Part shown: piece by piece, positions 10,750-21,064 of the stretch
How positions within the stretch are numbered: the first letter of the stretch is position 1
Layout of the letters: every line of letters starts with the position of its first letter
Assembly: GCA_963713605.1 (NCBI GenBank)
Contig: CAVQMO010000012.1
Span: 1 to 64,000, forward strand
Reading direction: 5' to 3'
DNA: 64,000 nucleotides
Source of the DNA: an uncultured Nitrososphaerales archaeon
GTDB lineage: Archaea > Thermoproteota > Nitrososphaeria > Nitrososphaerales > Nitrososphaeraceae
Translations under genes and position numbers: made by a program
Notes under the pieces: model-generated
The model's input: the letters and a program-made list of their open reading frames with translations, nothing else
Databases searched by the model: none
What the model was told of the DNA's origin: nothing

Positions 10750-11061
10750 TTGAAGAAAGCAAAAATAATAATGGCTATTGGCATGGTTGCATTCTTTGCA
10801 ACTGCAGCCTTAGCAACAGAACAACAGGTACAAGCGAATATTCTGCATGACTTAGGTGACGGAGTAGAGAATTATAGGCAAGGCGCTCCTGACGGTAGAG
10901 GAGCAGGAGCAAGAGGTGAATATAGTGAATGTCCATATACTGACTTGGTATATTGTGTAGGCTGGAACGGTGGATATTCTGATGGTGAGAGATCACGGGG
11001 CATTGTAGATCAAGCAAATGGCAACGACAACGACAACGACGACGATGAGGATGATGATTAA
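10750..11061 (+). CDS. Small exported Gly/Tyr/Cys protein with poly-Asp tail
   Basis: Intact ORF; signal peptide; ECPYTDLVYCVGWNGGY; acidic tail. Confidence 0.75.
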   Translation: MKKAKIIMAIGMVAFFATAALATEQQVQANILHDLGDGVENYRQGAPDGRGAGARGEYSECPYTDLVYCVGWNGGYSDGERSRGIVDQANGNDNDNDDDEDDD

Positions 11062-11131
11062 CGGTGAGTATCTTCCCCTCCTCCTACAATAGTCAGACGC
11101 CACCACCGCCACCAAAACCAGAAAGAAAAGA

Positions 11132-11566
11132 ATGGGTAAAGGTAAGAAAGTAGCAATTGTCCTAATCCCTATTGTTGGCTTTGTTACCTTCTTGATGATA
11201 GTGGGATCACAGCCATACATTAACACCAATGTATCTGACATAGAAGGAATCAAATCATTCGTTGTCTTGCATGATGAGGGTAATCTGTACAATGCACGAT
11301 TCAGTCTGATAGATAACGGAAATCATGCGGCTGCTAGTGATGCCAAAGTATCATTTAGAATATGCAATATGGAAGGCAAATTAGACGTATCAGCATCAGA
11401 GTTCAAAACGTATCAATTACAACTGACAGGACAGGAATTTATCGCATATGCATGGTTTATAAACGAACCAGAGACGGTTTGTGATGACTTTGATTATGCA
11501 TATCTGACGGTTACATTACCAGATGGTCGAGTCTTCAAAGCAGACGAAAGAGTATTTAGTGGATGA
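11132..11566 (+). CDS. Membrane-anchored hypothetical protein
   Basis: Intact 144 aa ORF; N-terminal TM helix and beta-rich body. Confidence 0.7.
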   Translation: MGKGKKVAIVLIPIVGFVTFLMIVGSQPYINTNVSDIEGIKSFVVLHDEGNLYNARFSLIDNGNHAAASDAKVSFRICNMEGKLDVSASEFKTYQLQLTGQEFIAYAWFINEPETVCDDFDYAYLTVTLPDGRVFKADERVFSG

Positions 11567-11702
11567 TTAACTTGGCAAGAAAAGCAAATCAACAAACTGA
11601 AAGACAAATTATAGAGATACCCTTTGCGGGTGTTTCTACAGGTATCAAGAAAGCCGTAGACATGCCTATTAATTATGCAAAGGCGGACAGGACTTGGGCA
11701 TA

Positions 11703-11955
11703 ATGGCAGCAATAAACAGAGATTACATCAAGGAAAGGAAACAAAGAGATATCGAATACAATTACAAGACAAGAGCACACAAAGCCGGAAAGGTCTTTGG
11801 GTACTTCTTCAGCACTATAGTGATAATCGCAGGATTATTTCTATTCGTGGGTGCGATGAATGTAACGATCTTTCATGGCATATTCTTGTTGATTATGTCA
11901 CTCGCTGTGATTGTTGGGCGGCGCGTTGCTATTGAAGTGGGTGTATCACAAATGA
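11703..11955 (+). CDS. Small two-TM membrane protein
   Basis: Removing one G near 11917 gives ...VIVGGALLLKWVYHK*, with an ATGA overlap onto the next gene; the ORF track fuses the two. Confidence 0.55.
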
Positions 11956-12322
11956 GTTTCACAAGACGCGATAAGATAACGATAGGATTAGTAGTATCAC
12001 TGGTGGGATTTGTTGTAGTGACTGCTATTCTAGGATTTGTTACGACTCATGTGAAGGCTGAAAAGTCACCGTACGACTCAGGCCATAGCCATGGCTGAGT
12101 GATGCAGGCGAAGATCCAGATGATAGGTATATCAACGAGAAAGGTAAGGGACCATCATTCCATACAAATGAGTTTATGAATGGGTACAATGACGGATATA
12201 ATGATTGTTCTGGCTCTAGTAGTGGTGGTGGTAACGAAAATTACTTAGACAACGATAATGCGAACTCTAATGCTAATAGCAATCGCAACGACAACAGACT
12301 GTGTATAATCGGACCGTGTTAG
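11952..12322 (+). CDS. Exported protein with YDSG-HGC...RYIN...EFMxGY domain (frameshift ~12096)
   Basis: SPYDSGHSHG/SDAGEDPDDRYINEKGKGPSFHTNEFMNGYNDGYNDCSG...LCIIGPC*. Confidence 0.7.
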
Positions 12323-12785
12323 GAGAGCAGTATGTATGTTATTATGAATGAAGAGATTGAAAGACAGATCCGGAATCTGCGACAATAGAAGAGGACTTGG
12401 GATTTTTGATAGACCGCACCTCTAAAAGTCCGAACGACCGACCTGAGAACTTGAAGGCTATCCGACTACTGAATGTAGTACAACTCAAGAAGTTACAGTT
12501 GCAGGTGAATAATCTGCAATGACAGAGAACACAGAAACGACAAGAGATCCCTTCATTAACTATAATACCAGTTTCATTGAAGGCTTTCCATCATCATGCC
12601 AGTTCCAATCAATCTAACGGCAGATTCCTTTTTCTAGGATTTGGTCAATTAGGCTATATATTAAATCATAGATTTCTTCTTAACTGGATCTAGGTATTTG
12701 GCTCTTAATCTGCCTATTATGTTAATAATTAGACTTTTTCACTCGAAAGTATTTGGCCAAGTTATCACTATAATATGGTACAAAA

Positions 12786-13547
12786 ATGGATAAGACCATT
12801 TTTCTGGGATTAATGAAAGGAATTATTACAATAGTTACAATGACAATCGTCATACCTGGTTTAGTTGCTAATCCTGCTTATTCACAGACCTATGATGAAT
12901 GGTTTGCAGAGGGATGGGACTTGGGCTGCGGAGATAAGATAAGTGGCTCTCTCAACAACACTGAAGTAAGAAATACACCATTTATCAAAGGATATAACTT
13001 GGGATTTGCAGAATGCTCAACGGGCGACACAGGGAACAACTCAATCATGACAAATATGACGCGAGATATCGATGGCAGTACTACCCAAGCAACGCCCACA
13101 GAGTCAACATATGATATTGGCTGTAGAGACGTAAAATTGTACGGGGATGAAAGGTATATTAACCAACCAGGAAATGAGCCGTCGTCCCAAACAGATGAGT
13201 TTATGAAGGAATATTATAGGGGTTACTATGAGTGTGGAGGGAGTTTTCCGGCTGAAACAGGACTTGAGTCTGAACAACCATCTGAACCATTGTACACACT
13301 ACAACCCTCTGAACTAGACCCTCGACCAACTCAGACCTCCCGGGGAGGAATCTATTGGCTGGGTATCTGCAACAACCCTATAGTGGATGCTGTGATCACA
13401 GAACCATGTAGCACATTGGTAACTCCTGATGGATACGGACTTACTAGCGAAGGTGAGAGGGTCTTGTATTGCGTCGTGGGAGGCGGTGCTTTGTATCTAA
13501 TTGACCCAGCAGCGGGCAGGCGGCTAGACAGTTGGGTCCCTCAGTAG
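12786..13547 (+). CDS. Exported Cys-containing protein with the same RYINQP..EFM domain
   Basis: 253 aa ORF; signal peptide; YDIGCRD...RYINQPGNEPSSQTDEFMKEYYRGYYEC. The true C-terminus may be LGPSVGCG* after a late frameshift. Confidence 0.75.
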   Translation: MDKTIFLGLMKGIITIVTMTIVIPGLVANPAYSQTYDEWFAEGWDLGCGDKISGSLNNTEVRNTPFIKGYNLGFAECSTGDTGNNSIMTNMTRDIDGSTTQATPTESTYDIGCRDVKLYGDERYINQPGNEPSSQTDEFMKEYYRGYYECGGSFPAETGLESEQPSEPLYTLQPSELDPRPTQTSRGGIYWLGICNNPIVDAVITEPCSTLVTPDGYGLTSEGERVLYCVVGGGALYLIDPAAGRRLDSWVPQ

Positions 13548-13601
13548 GCTGCGGGTAGTAGTTTTGCAATTCCGGCGATATTCGATATTTAGTGGCAAGA
13601 A

Positions 13602-13919
13602 ATGACTAAGGGAAACGATCTAATCATTATTGGGCTTATCAGCGTGATTCTATTCCTAGGACTAAGAATACAACCGGCGTTTAGTCAGTCGCTTATAGAA
13701 AATGCATCAAACGGAAATAGCAGTACGATTAGTAATAGTACAGCGGAATCAATAGCAGAGAAGGTTGTAGATCCAGAGTCACTAATACTAGGCATACCTG
13801 ATCAGGCCGGAGAGAATGACACACTAAATCGAATGATTGGTGAATGCGGAATAATCGAGCCCAGTAGTGAGATGGAAGAAGTTGAGGAAATGGCTGAGTG
13901 TCAAGAGAGGGATTCTTAA
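13602..13919 (+). CDS. Small acidic exported protein
   Basis: Intact 105 aa ORF with signal peptide. Confidence 0.65.
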   Translation: MTKGNDLIIIGLISVILFLGLRIQPAFSQSLIENASNGNSSTISNSTAESIAEKVVDPESLILGIPDQAGENDTLNRMIGECGIIEPSSEMEEVEEMAECQERDS

Positions 13920-14505
13920 TGACACTGACTGACATCGCCACAAACACAGAAGGAAATGAAGGATAACCATAGATATTTTGCAAACGAGGCTTGGCAAATA
14001 AATTACTAGTATCGAGGATGGCCGTTGAGAGCGGCCCGGGGTTGGGTAGGCTCTTCTCATTATTAGGATCGCCTGGTTAGTTATGGAAGTATGAAATATG
14101 GTAAAGAGTAGAGTTGGCGTAGTCAAGTCACTAGCATGCATAACTGAAGCACACTCTCAATGCAGCGGTAAGGATTGCGGCTGTAAATGCCACTACTAGT
14201 CCTATTACTTGTCAGACGATATTATTATTCATCAATTCACTGCATATTCATTCCTGCGTCAACTGCTTGATGTCCGAAGAGAGAAGATAAAGTTATTGCC
14301 CCTGTCAACAGAGCAGACAAGAGGATGAAGAGTTTTCTCATTACAGGAAAACTCCCGTTCTATTGCATATAAGGTCATTTCAAGAACTGTTAGAATATCT
14401 TAAGAACGATGACGAACTCATTATTACCCTTCGAACTGCAGTAGAAAAAAGAGACAGATTCCTTGACTAGAGAGGCAACGAGTCATGATGATTTGTTTGA
14501 CGCCT

Positions 14506-14882
14506 TTAGGACACAGCACATCGGTTATTCGCGGAAGTCTGTGGGCCTGGTTTCTCAACGGTTGCGGACCATGCGACACTTCCGCTAGCGTGGCTAGGAC
14601 TAACGAATGGATTTAGTTCATTGAGGAGTTGTTGAGGACCAGTAAGTGGTGGTCCTTGCTCTCCTGTATCTCCTCTAGGTCCAACTGGTCCTTGAGTTCC
14701 TGCTGGTCCAGGTATGTCTTCAGGTCCTGCCGGTCCCTGAGGTCCTATAAGATACGCGCGGTATGCATGTTATACCCCTCTTGCCTGCAAACACGCCGTC
14801 TGTAGTCACAAGTGCAGTTACACTACCGGCGAGAACTAGCGTCGAGAGAAATATTAGGCCGACCGTGGAGGATAGGTACCAT
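14506..14882 (-). pseudogene. Degenerate, internally deleted collagen-like gene
   Basis: Leader homologous to the 5710 gene; [33 protein letters not shown]; tail [19 protein letters not shown]; at least two frameshifts. Not in the ORF track. Confidence 0.75.
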
Positions 14883-15040
14883 TACTTCGGAATAGTGTGC
14901 CAAAACTGTTTATTTCAATTAGGACAGATATTGATACCACTAATATCTTATTTATCTTCTATTTGTAGCATAGTAGTGTATCATTGACAATGCAATTCTG
15001 GCATTGATTGTCTATTCCAGTTTTTAGGATCTTCGACTAT
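14821..15040. repeat. Duplicated segment, copy 2 (see 5648-5870)
   Basis: Direct sequence similarity including the ~40 bp identical run. Confidence 0.85.
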
Positions 15041-15126
15041 TTTATACTAAGTACTCTGGTGGAAGATTATCGCAGTAATATTGACCAGGGTATGAAGGAT
15101 TGCTTTCCGGGATTTCATAATCACCT

Positions 15127-15309
15127 TCAGGAAATGTACATCATTTGAGAGATAGCTTTTACTTTCTTTTCATTCAGAAAATTAGGATTCTTTCTGATAA
15201 AGAGAATTAAACCTACAATAGCTATAATAGCACCAATGATGAGGAGATAGCTAGTGCCACCACCAGCTCCAGGAAAATTAATTACAGAAGTCCCATAACT
15301 TCTAGCCAC
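15127..15309 (-). CDS. Small single-TM protein or C-terminal anchor fragment
   Basis: GGGTSYLLIIGAIIAIVGLILFIRK. Confidence 0.4.
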   Translation of the reverse strand: MARSYGTSVINFPGAGGGTSYLLIIGAIIAIVGLILFIRKNPNFLNEKKVKAISQMMYIS

Positions 15310-15406
15310 ACATAAAGTTAAAAAAAGAGATTTCTAATCAGTTCTGGTTTGGTTTAGTTCTGCTCTTGCTTCCAAGTAGTCTTCACACTCTGGATGATCT
15401 GGGTGA

Positions 15407-16099
15407 TCAGGACAATAACGAGTTGGATATTGCACAATTGTCTCCTCTGCCATCTTCTCCATCAGTCACCAAGATGTCCTCGAAACGTCCATCTATAAGT
15501 GCTGGCATGACCCAAGCGTCACATCCCTCATCATTTGGATAGCATTGACCAGTTTCATCATCATCTGTATCATGATAGCCTTCAGGACATCCTTCTCGAT
15601 GTAAAGGGAAGCAATAATCATCTTCATTTGTTCCAAAACCTTCAGGGCATTGCTCCCTGGCAGTCTCATTCATGTTGGGAAATGATTGACATTTTATTTG
15701 ATATACATCAAAGAGACAGCTTTCATCTGGTCCTCCTGTCTTTGCATATTCAAAATACTCTTCACTCCCTGGAACATTTCTACAGTACTCATAGGTATTG
15801 GTTAAATCATCAAATTCTTCACAGAATTTTATTGGATTGTGTTCTCTAGACAAACAATGACTTGGATTTGTAAGATTAGGAAACTGTTCAGCTCTCTGTG
15901 TTGAATTATACTTATCGCAGAATGGTATGCCTGTTGCTCCATTATTACCACCACAAAGAAAATCGTAGTCGCTTCTCTCTTCACATTCTTCCTGCTCTTC
16001 TGGCTCATCATCATAGTCTACTATTGAGGCAGATACATTAGGTACTAACAGCATTAAGACAGGAATTAAGCCTAAGAAAATTAGCTTATTATTATTCAT
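15407..16099 (-). CDS. Cys/Asp-rich exported protein
   Basis: Signal peptide; repeated CPEG(F/Y)...DD...CYP motifs; probably continues past a frameshift to ~15335. Start overlaps the upstream stop. Confidence 0.75.
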   Translation of the reverse strand: MNNNKLIFLGLIPVLMLLVPNVSASIVDYDDEPEEQEECEERSDYDFLCGGNNGATGIPFCDKYNSTQRAEQFPNLTNPSHCLSREHNPIKFCEEFDDLTNTYEYCRNVPGSEEYFEYAKTGGPDESCLFDVYQIKCQSFPNMNETAREQCPEGFGTNEDDYCFPLHREGCPEGYHDTDDDETGQCYPNDEGCDAWVMPALIDGRFEDILVTDGEDGRGDNCAISNSLLS

Positions 16100-16443
16100 T
16101 TTCTGTATTCATTCTCAATGATGTCACATACCAAGCCTACACTCCGTTCTTCACATGTGTCATAACGTTCTCCCTGGTCTAGTTCAGGGAAATATGCAGT
16201 ATTCTCATAACCTTTGTCATTACACGCATTGAATCCATCTTCATAGCCATTCATGAATTCATCTGATTGCTTACTTGGTCCATTCCCAGGTTGATTTATG
16301 TATCTGTCACCAGGATATCTAAAGTCTGAGTCGTCACATCCGTGATCGTATCCCGAATCATATGCATCACTAGGAGTAGCAAATACGCTTGCCGTAGAGG
16401 TCGTTAATATTATTATTAATCCAACGATTATTGATATATACAT
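16096..16443 (-). CDS. Exported protein with YDSGYDHGC...RYINQP...EFMNGY domain
   Basis: Intact 115 aa ORF; third copy of the domain. Confidence 0.75.
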   Translation of the reverse strand: MYISIIVGLIIILTTSTASVFATPSDAYDSGYDHGCDDSDFRYPGDRYINQPGNGPSKQSDEFMNGYEDGFNACNDKGYENTAYFPELDQGERYDTCEERSVGLVCDIIENEYRK

Positions 16444-16852
16444 AGTGTATAGTATTGTATATGTTATATATTAGAAATTAGAAAAAAGAGATTTTTAAAA
16501 TTAGTCGGATTTACAAAACTTGTAGCCAGGGTCTAGTGAGATAAAAGAGATGCGTGAATTCTACGATATATACAGGAATGATACATTATCGAAGCGTGGT
16601 GGGGGGGTCCTTTAGTTGTTTCGGTGAGATTGTAAGAAGCTCGATCATTTCTTGCTATACTTAGACTAGTCTAGCCAAGAATTTGAAATAATGGAATGAG
16701 ATTATAAGCATTGTTACATAAGTTCATCAAATTGTAAACTCTTGTCCGATTCAAATCATGATATTATTAAATGTTAGTTGTGATCATGCACTCTCTCCCC
16801 CAGCTCTCTTGGTATTTTATTGATTATATCACAAACTGGTAAGTCATTGGGT

Positions 16853-17509
16853 ATGTCTAAACACAAACTCGTCGAGCTTCAAAAGATTGTAGATGAAAAA
16901 ATCGGAACGCTCAAAGAAGAAGTAGAAATCGGAACTAACATAAAATTGAATGCATTATACATAGCTGACCGGCGAGATGAAATACAATTTCTCCAATGAC
17001 TACAAGAATTATTCAATCAATACTAAACCGGGATATTGACGATCGTCTACAACTTGAAGCGCCCAAAAAGCGCCTAGAAATGATGGAAACGATAGAATTT
17101 GAGAACTCGCTTCAAGAACGAGTTCAGGAGCTGAAATTTGAAATTAAAAGATTGTAATAATTTGCGAGAGTCAGACATCTTGATAAACGAGATAGATACG
17201 CTTGAAAGTATTCTGGGGCGTTTGTCTGATCTGAAATATGGCGCAGAGACACGAGCAATAGAAGTCGCAAATGCTAACAATGACTTCAAACAATCAAATC
17301 GTTTGAGAAAGAAATTAATTAAATTCCAAGATACTGAAGATGAGATCAGTGCTCAATATTCAAATACTAAATCAAGATTGACATCTGAAAATAGAGATAG
17401 TCTTCTCTTTAAACACATTTCAGCAAGTAACTGCAGCTCTCACAAGAGTACTCTAACTTATCGAAAGCTGGAGCACAATTCCATAATATCATTACATCTC
17501 ATTCATTGA
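16853..17509 (+). CDS. Coiled-coil hypothetical protein (frameshift at ~16999)
   Basis: MSKHKLVELQKIVDEKIGTLKEE... joins ORF 17138-17509 after one shift; C-terminal end uncertain. Confidence 0.5.
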
Positions 17510-17660
17510 GTTTCAATGTCTAGCTCAGACAACTCCAGCTCTTCTCTCTGCTCTGATATACTGGATTCTTCTATAGTTTCGAGACCTTGGTTTTCCGGGG
17601 AAACTAGTTTCGCACGGCTTTGTCTGGACATATCTTACTCTTATCAAAAATGACTATTAT

Positions 17661-19085
17661 ATGAGTGATGACTTGTAAGTGGGGGAGAGAGGTGTACCTG
17701 TATACGACCATTCTGTAGAAGATATTAATCTAATTATAAAGTTACAAGATGAAGTCATCAATTTCAAACAAAGACTCAAATAATATACTTTCTATATACA
17801 TCCAAAGTCTCAGTTTGGGGAGAAGATCTCTATCATCAATTATCAAGAAAGGTCAAGCAATCAAGAAAATATTCTGGGATGAGAAGTATGTAGATCTTGC
17901 TGATAGGAACAAGATAAGATTGATTGGAATAAGTATGGCAAATATCTATTCAAAAGACTTTCAAATACTCATCAAGAAACTAGAAATAGATTCTAGAGTC
18001 CGCTCATTGTACAACACAGAATTATCTGTGACTCATTATTTCGTTTATAATAAGGCGAAAGATTGCGCCTACAAGCAAAGTTAGAATCGAGTATAATAAT
18101 GAAGAATTATTGTCTATATCAAAAATAGATGATGGACAAGAGATAGTGGCCCACCATTTAAAATGGTACATATCAGGATCGGCGATGATAGAATAAAACT
18201 TAACCTAAGACTCGAAAATCAGACATCGATTATGTTTGAAGTAGAGTCTGATGAGAATTTTATTTCTTATTTCAAAGAGAACAAGCCAGATATTGCTGTC
18301 ATCTATGGCGATCACCAACTGGCACGTAGCACTCTCTATTTACTGGGAGACATCATTAACCAATATTCCAAGCAAATTGTGGTAATGTACGCTCGAGAGT
18401 CGATTGAAGATATTACTCTAGTTGAATTAGTTGAGAATGCTCGGTTTAGTATCTACCTCTAAAACTTGTTTCGAAGTATGGAATGCTAAGACTTATCGAT
18501 AGTAGGATTACGTACGAGTTGCTTAAGGGAGATTTTGTTATTCCAAAGAAGAAGTCAATATCAAAACACCAGCAGATCAGAACATTAGAAGATGTAATAG
18601 ATATGGATAAACTGGAATGATAATATCCCCAGAGATTGGGTTGCACGAAAATGTCGCAGTCCTCGATTTTAATGACGAATAGGCAAACATAATTACAAGA
18701 TACAATATTAGTGAGGAGAATCAATTTACCGATCCTGGAATAAATGCGTCGGCAGATAACAAGCAGGAAGCCATACTTCCATCCATAGTACAAGAACTTG
18801 TCGAGAGACATGTTCATCTAAAACAAATTCTAAAAATCCAACAGCCAGATAGTCTTTCATATTTGAACTGTGAAACTCGCTTGGATATATTAAAACAAAT
18901 ACTTGTTTGTCTATATGGCACTTCTGGTTCAATTTGGAACCGCTATAGTAATGTACGGGTATTTGAGCAGATAAACAAGCACTCCAGAGAGATTCTTTTA
19001 AAGACAAAAGATATTGTAGCGAGCTGGCTTCGAACTAATCTATGCCGACACAGATGCAGTTTTTCTGAAAAAGATGTTTATTTAA
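17661..19085 (+). pseudogene. polB: Decayed and truncated family-B DNA polymerase (PolB2-like)
   Basis: Across frames: GMIISPEIGLHENVAVLDFNDE*ANII (motif A-like), LKQILVCLYGTSGSIWNRY (motif B-like), AGFELIYADTDAVFLKK (motif C). Multiple shifts, in-frame stops, and no sequence after motif C. Confidence 0.75.
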
Positions 19086-19276
19086 GAATTATTTGTGCTA
19101 CTCATCACGTCGACAATTAGTCCAGGGCGGTTAAAGATTATTCTCTGAATTAAAACCTAATGTTAGCTATTATACACATTTATTTTCTCCCCACATTAAC
19201 AGTGTTATAATCAGATGAATAGCCCGAACTAGATTCACCAAAAATGTCAAAAATGGAAACAGTCTTTGTCAGGTTA

Positions 19277-20300
19277 TTATGGCTCTTTTGAATATTATAT
19301 AGTAACCTCCACTATCTGGGAACTCGAAACAAAGTGATGTTGATTTTCAAATCCAAAACCTACCTGACTGCTACCTACAACCGAATTCATGAGGTACGGG
19401 TGCAGGTAGTGATCTGGGATTACTCCATGTAGTGACTATCATGTCACCAAAATTCGCATTTGGATCAAACAGAAGAATTGTGAGAATCCACCTGGCCCAA
19501 AATTGGGTACACTTCCTAAGCAACTGCCAAATATCAGCTTGTTAATACCTGATATTTTATTTCCGGTAATAGCACCATTGGCTATCTTATTTGTTGTTAT
19601 TGCATTATTTGCTATTGCATTCGGGCCCGATATCTGCTTCATGGTATAAGCTATTGATTGTGTTGGTCCGTCTATTATCCATTAGCTGCATTCCTGGTCG
19701 TAACTGTAACTTTATAGTTAGCACTGGGACTCAGCGGATTATTGATATTGGCAAATTCCAGTCTTATCAGTGCGCCAGCCGGTATATTTACAGCACTAGT
19801 AACTGTATATGTTAATGTTCGCCCCAATTTGCTAACTTACCTGGACCTATCCCCTCGGCTTCATTGAAATTAGCACTGGAAGGTACAGTGGTACCAGCAG
19901 GAAAAGTTACCTCTATTCTCTTGATTGCACCAGTTGTAGAGGTGACAAATACCACATCGTAGAAAGAGTTAGTATTTACAATATTATTTGTTGGTCTAGC
20001 AGTAAGAGATGAAAGTGTTTCCTGAGTAGTGAAATCACTCGTATGTTGGTTTGATGTTGATGGTGCACTAGTTGTAGGCGTCGCTGATGAGGACGATGAC
20101 GAAATAGTCTCTGGTATGAGGGGGGTTGAATGATAACTGCTCCTCATCAACTCTATTTGGATTAATAGCAGGAAACACTTGAGCTGGATTAGCAAGCATG
20201 AAAACAGGTGATAATATTACCATAACAGCAAAAATGAATGTAATAGAACCCTGTGGTTTTAGGATCTTCTTAATCTCGAAGCAGACAAACCTATGGTCAT
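19277..20300 (-). CDS. Exported beta-sandwich/adhesin-like protein, paralogue 3 (many frameshifts; possibly a pseudogene)
   Basis: ARPTNNIVNTNSFYDVVF...FNEAEGIGPG; IANNAITTNKIANGAITGNKI repeats; distinct C-terminus. Confidence 0.7.
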
Positions 20301-21064
20301 TGCGTGTTATAGAATGTCCCTGTACGCTTATTGTAAATTAGTGGGTATCCCACCCCGATTTATGGTACATTTATTACTTAAATTTGGAGGTCTTTGAGTA
20401 CCAATACCCATGCGTGGATTCATCGAAAAATTTCCTATTGATGTAGATTAAGCTTGTATTTGGTTACTTTATCGCTATTAGGGATTTGAATTAGTCTTGA
20501 TTGGATGAACGACTTAACCAGACTTATTCACAAGAGATCAGTCTCATCCAGTATGATATAGAACATCAGTATGTTATAGATAACGAGAAACAATATCTAA
20601 GTACCAGAAGCCGGTTGTCCCAACGGGGAAGCCGTATCGTGGCCTAGCCAAGATAGTCGTAGCGATTTTTTGGGTGGGCCTTTTAAGGCTTCCTCTACTG
20701 CTTATAGGAATTGTTTATCCCTTATCTCTGTTGGATCGAATGGACCAACTGCCTTACCCCTTTTGAAGAACTGGTACCGACAGATCGTGTTCTGTTGCTA
20801 ATCCTGTCCTCTTCCTGATGCCTGTAACGCTATCTTCTTTTGGAACGTCAATGCTTTCAAAGTTCTCTTTTCTCCATTTTGCATCGTATAACATTTGATG
20901 TGCTCTGTTGGTGATTTTATATTCTGTATATTGTGGACACTGTGTCATCGAGCATTCTTTGCGGCTGGCCGTTGATACTAACAGTGATATACACACGGTC
21001 GTTTGAAAAGACCTGGGCGACAGGTGGAAGCTGGGGATTCTCTGCTCCATGAATCGTAACTAAG

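Noticed and set aside
13545..13562. GGGTAGTAG as an inverted copy of the ACCTACTACC repeat
   Set aside because: It overlaps the probable true stop of the 12786 gene (GCG*), so it is likely coincidental.
1457..16500. Integron cassette array
   Set aside because: No integrase, genes in both orientations, and no convincing attC-like RYYYAAC...GTTRRRY hairpins.
615..20300. Diversity-generating retroelement behind the variable C-termini
   Set aside because: No reverse transcriptase and no template/variable repeat pair differing only at adenines; the tips differ wholesale.
20610..20670. GC-richer short hairpins as tRNA or ncRNA
   Set aside because: No cloverleaf or T-loop consensus; stems too short to support a call.
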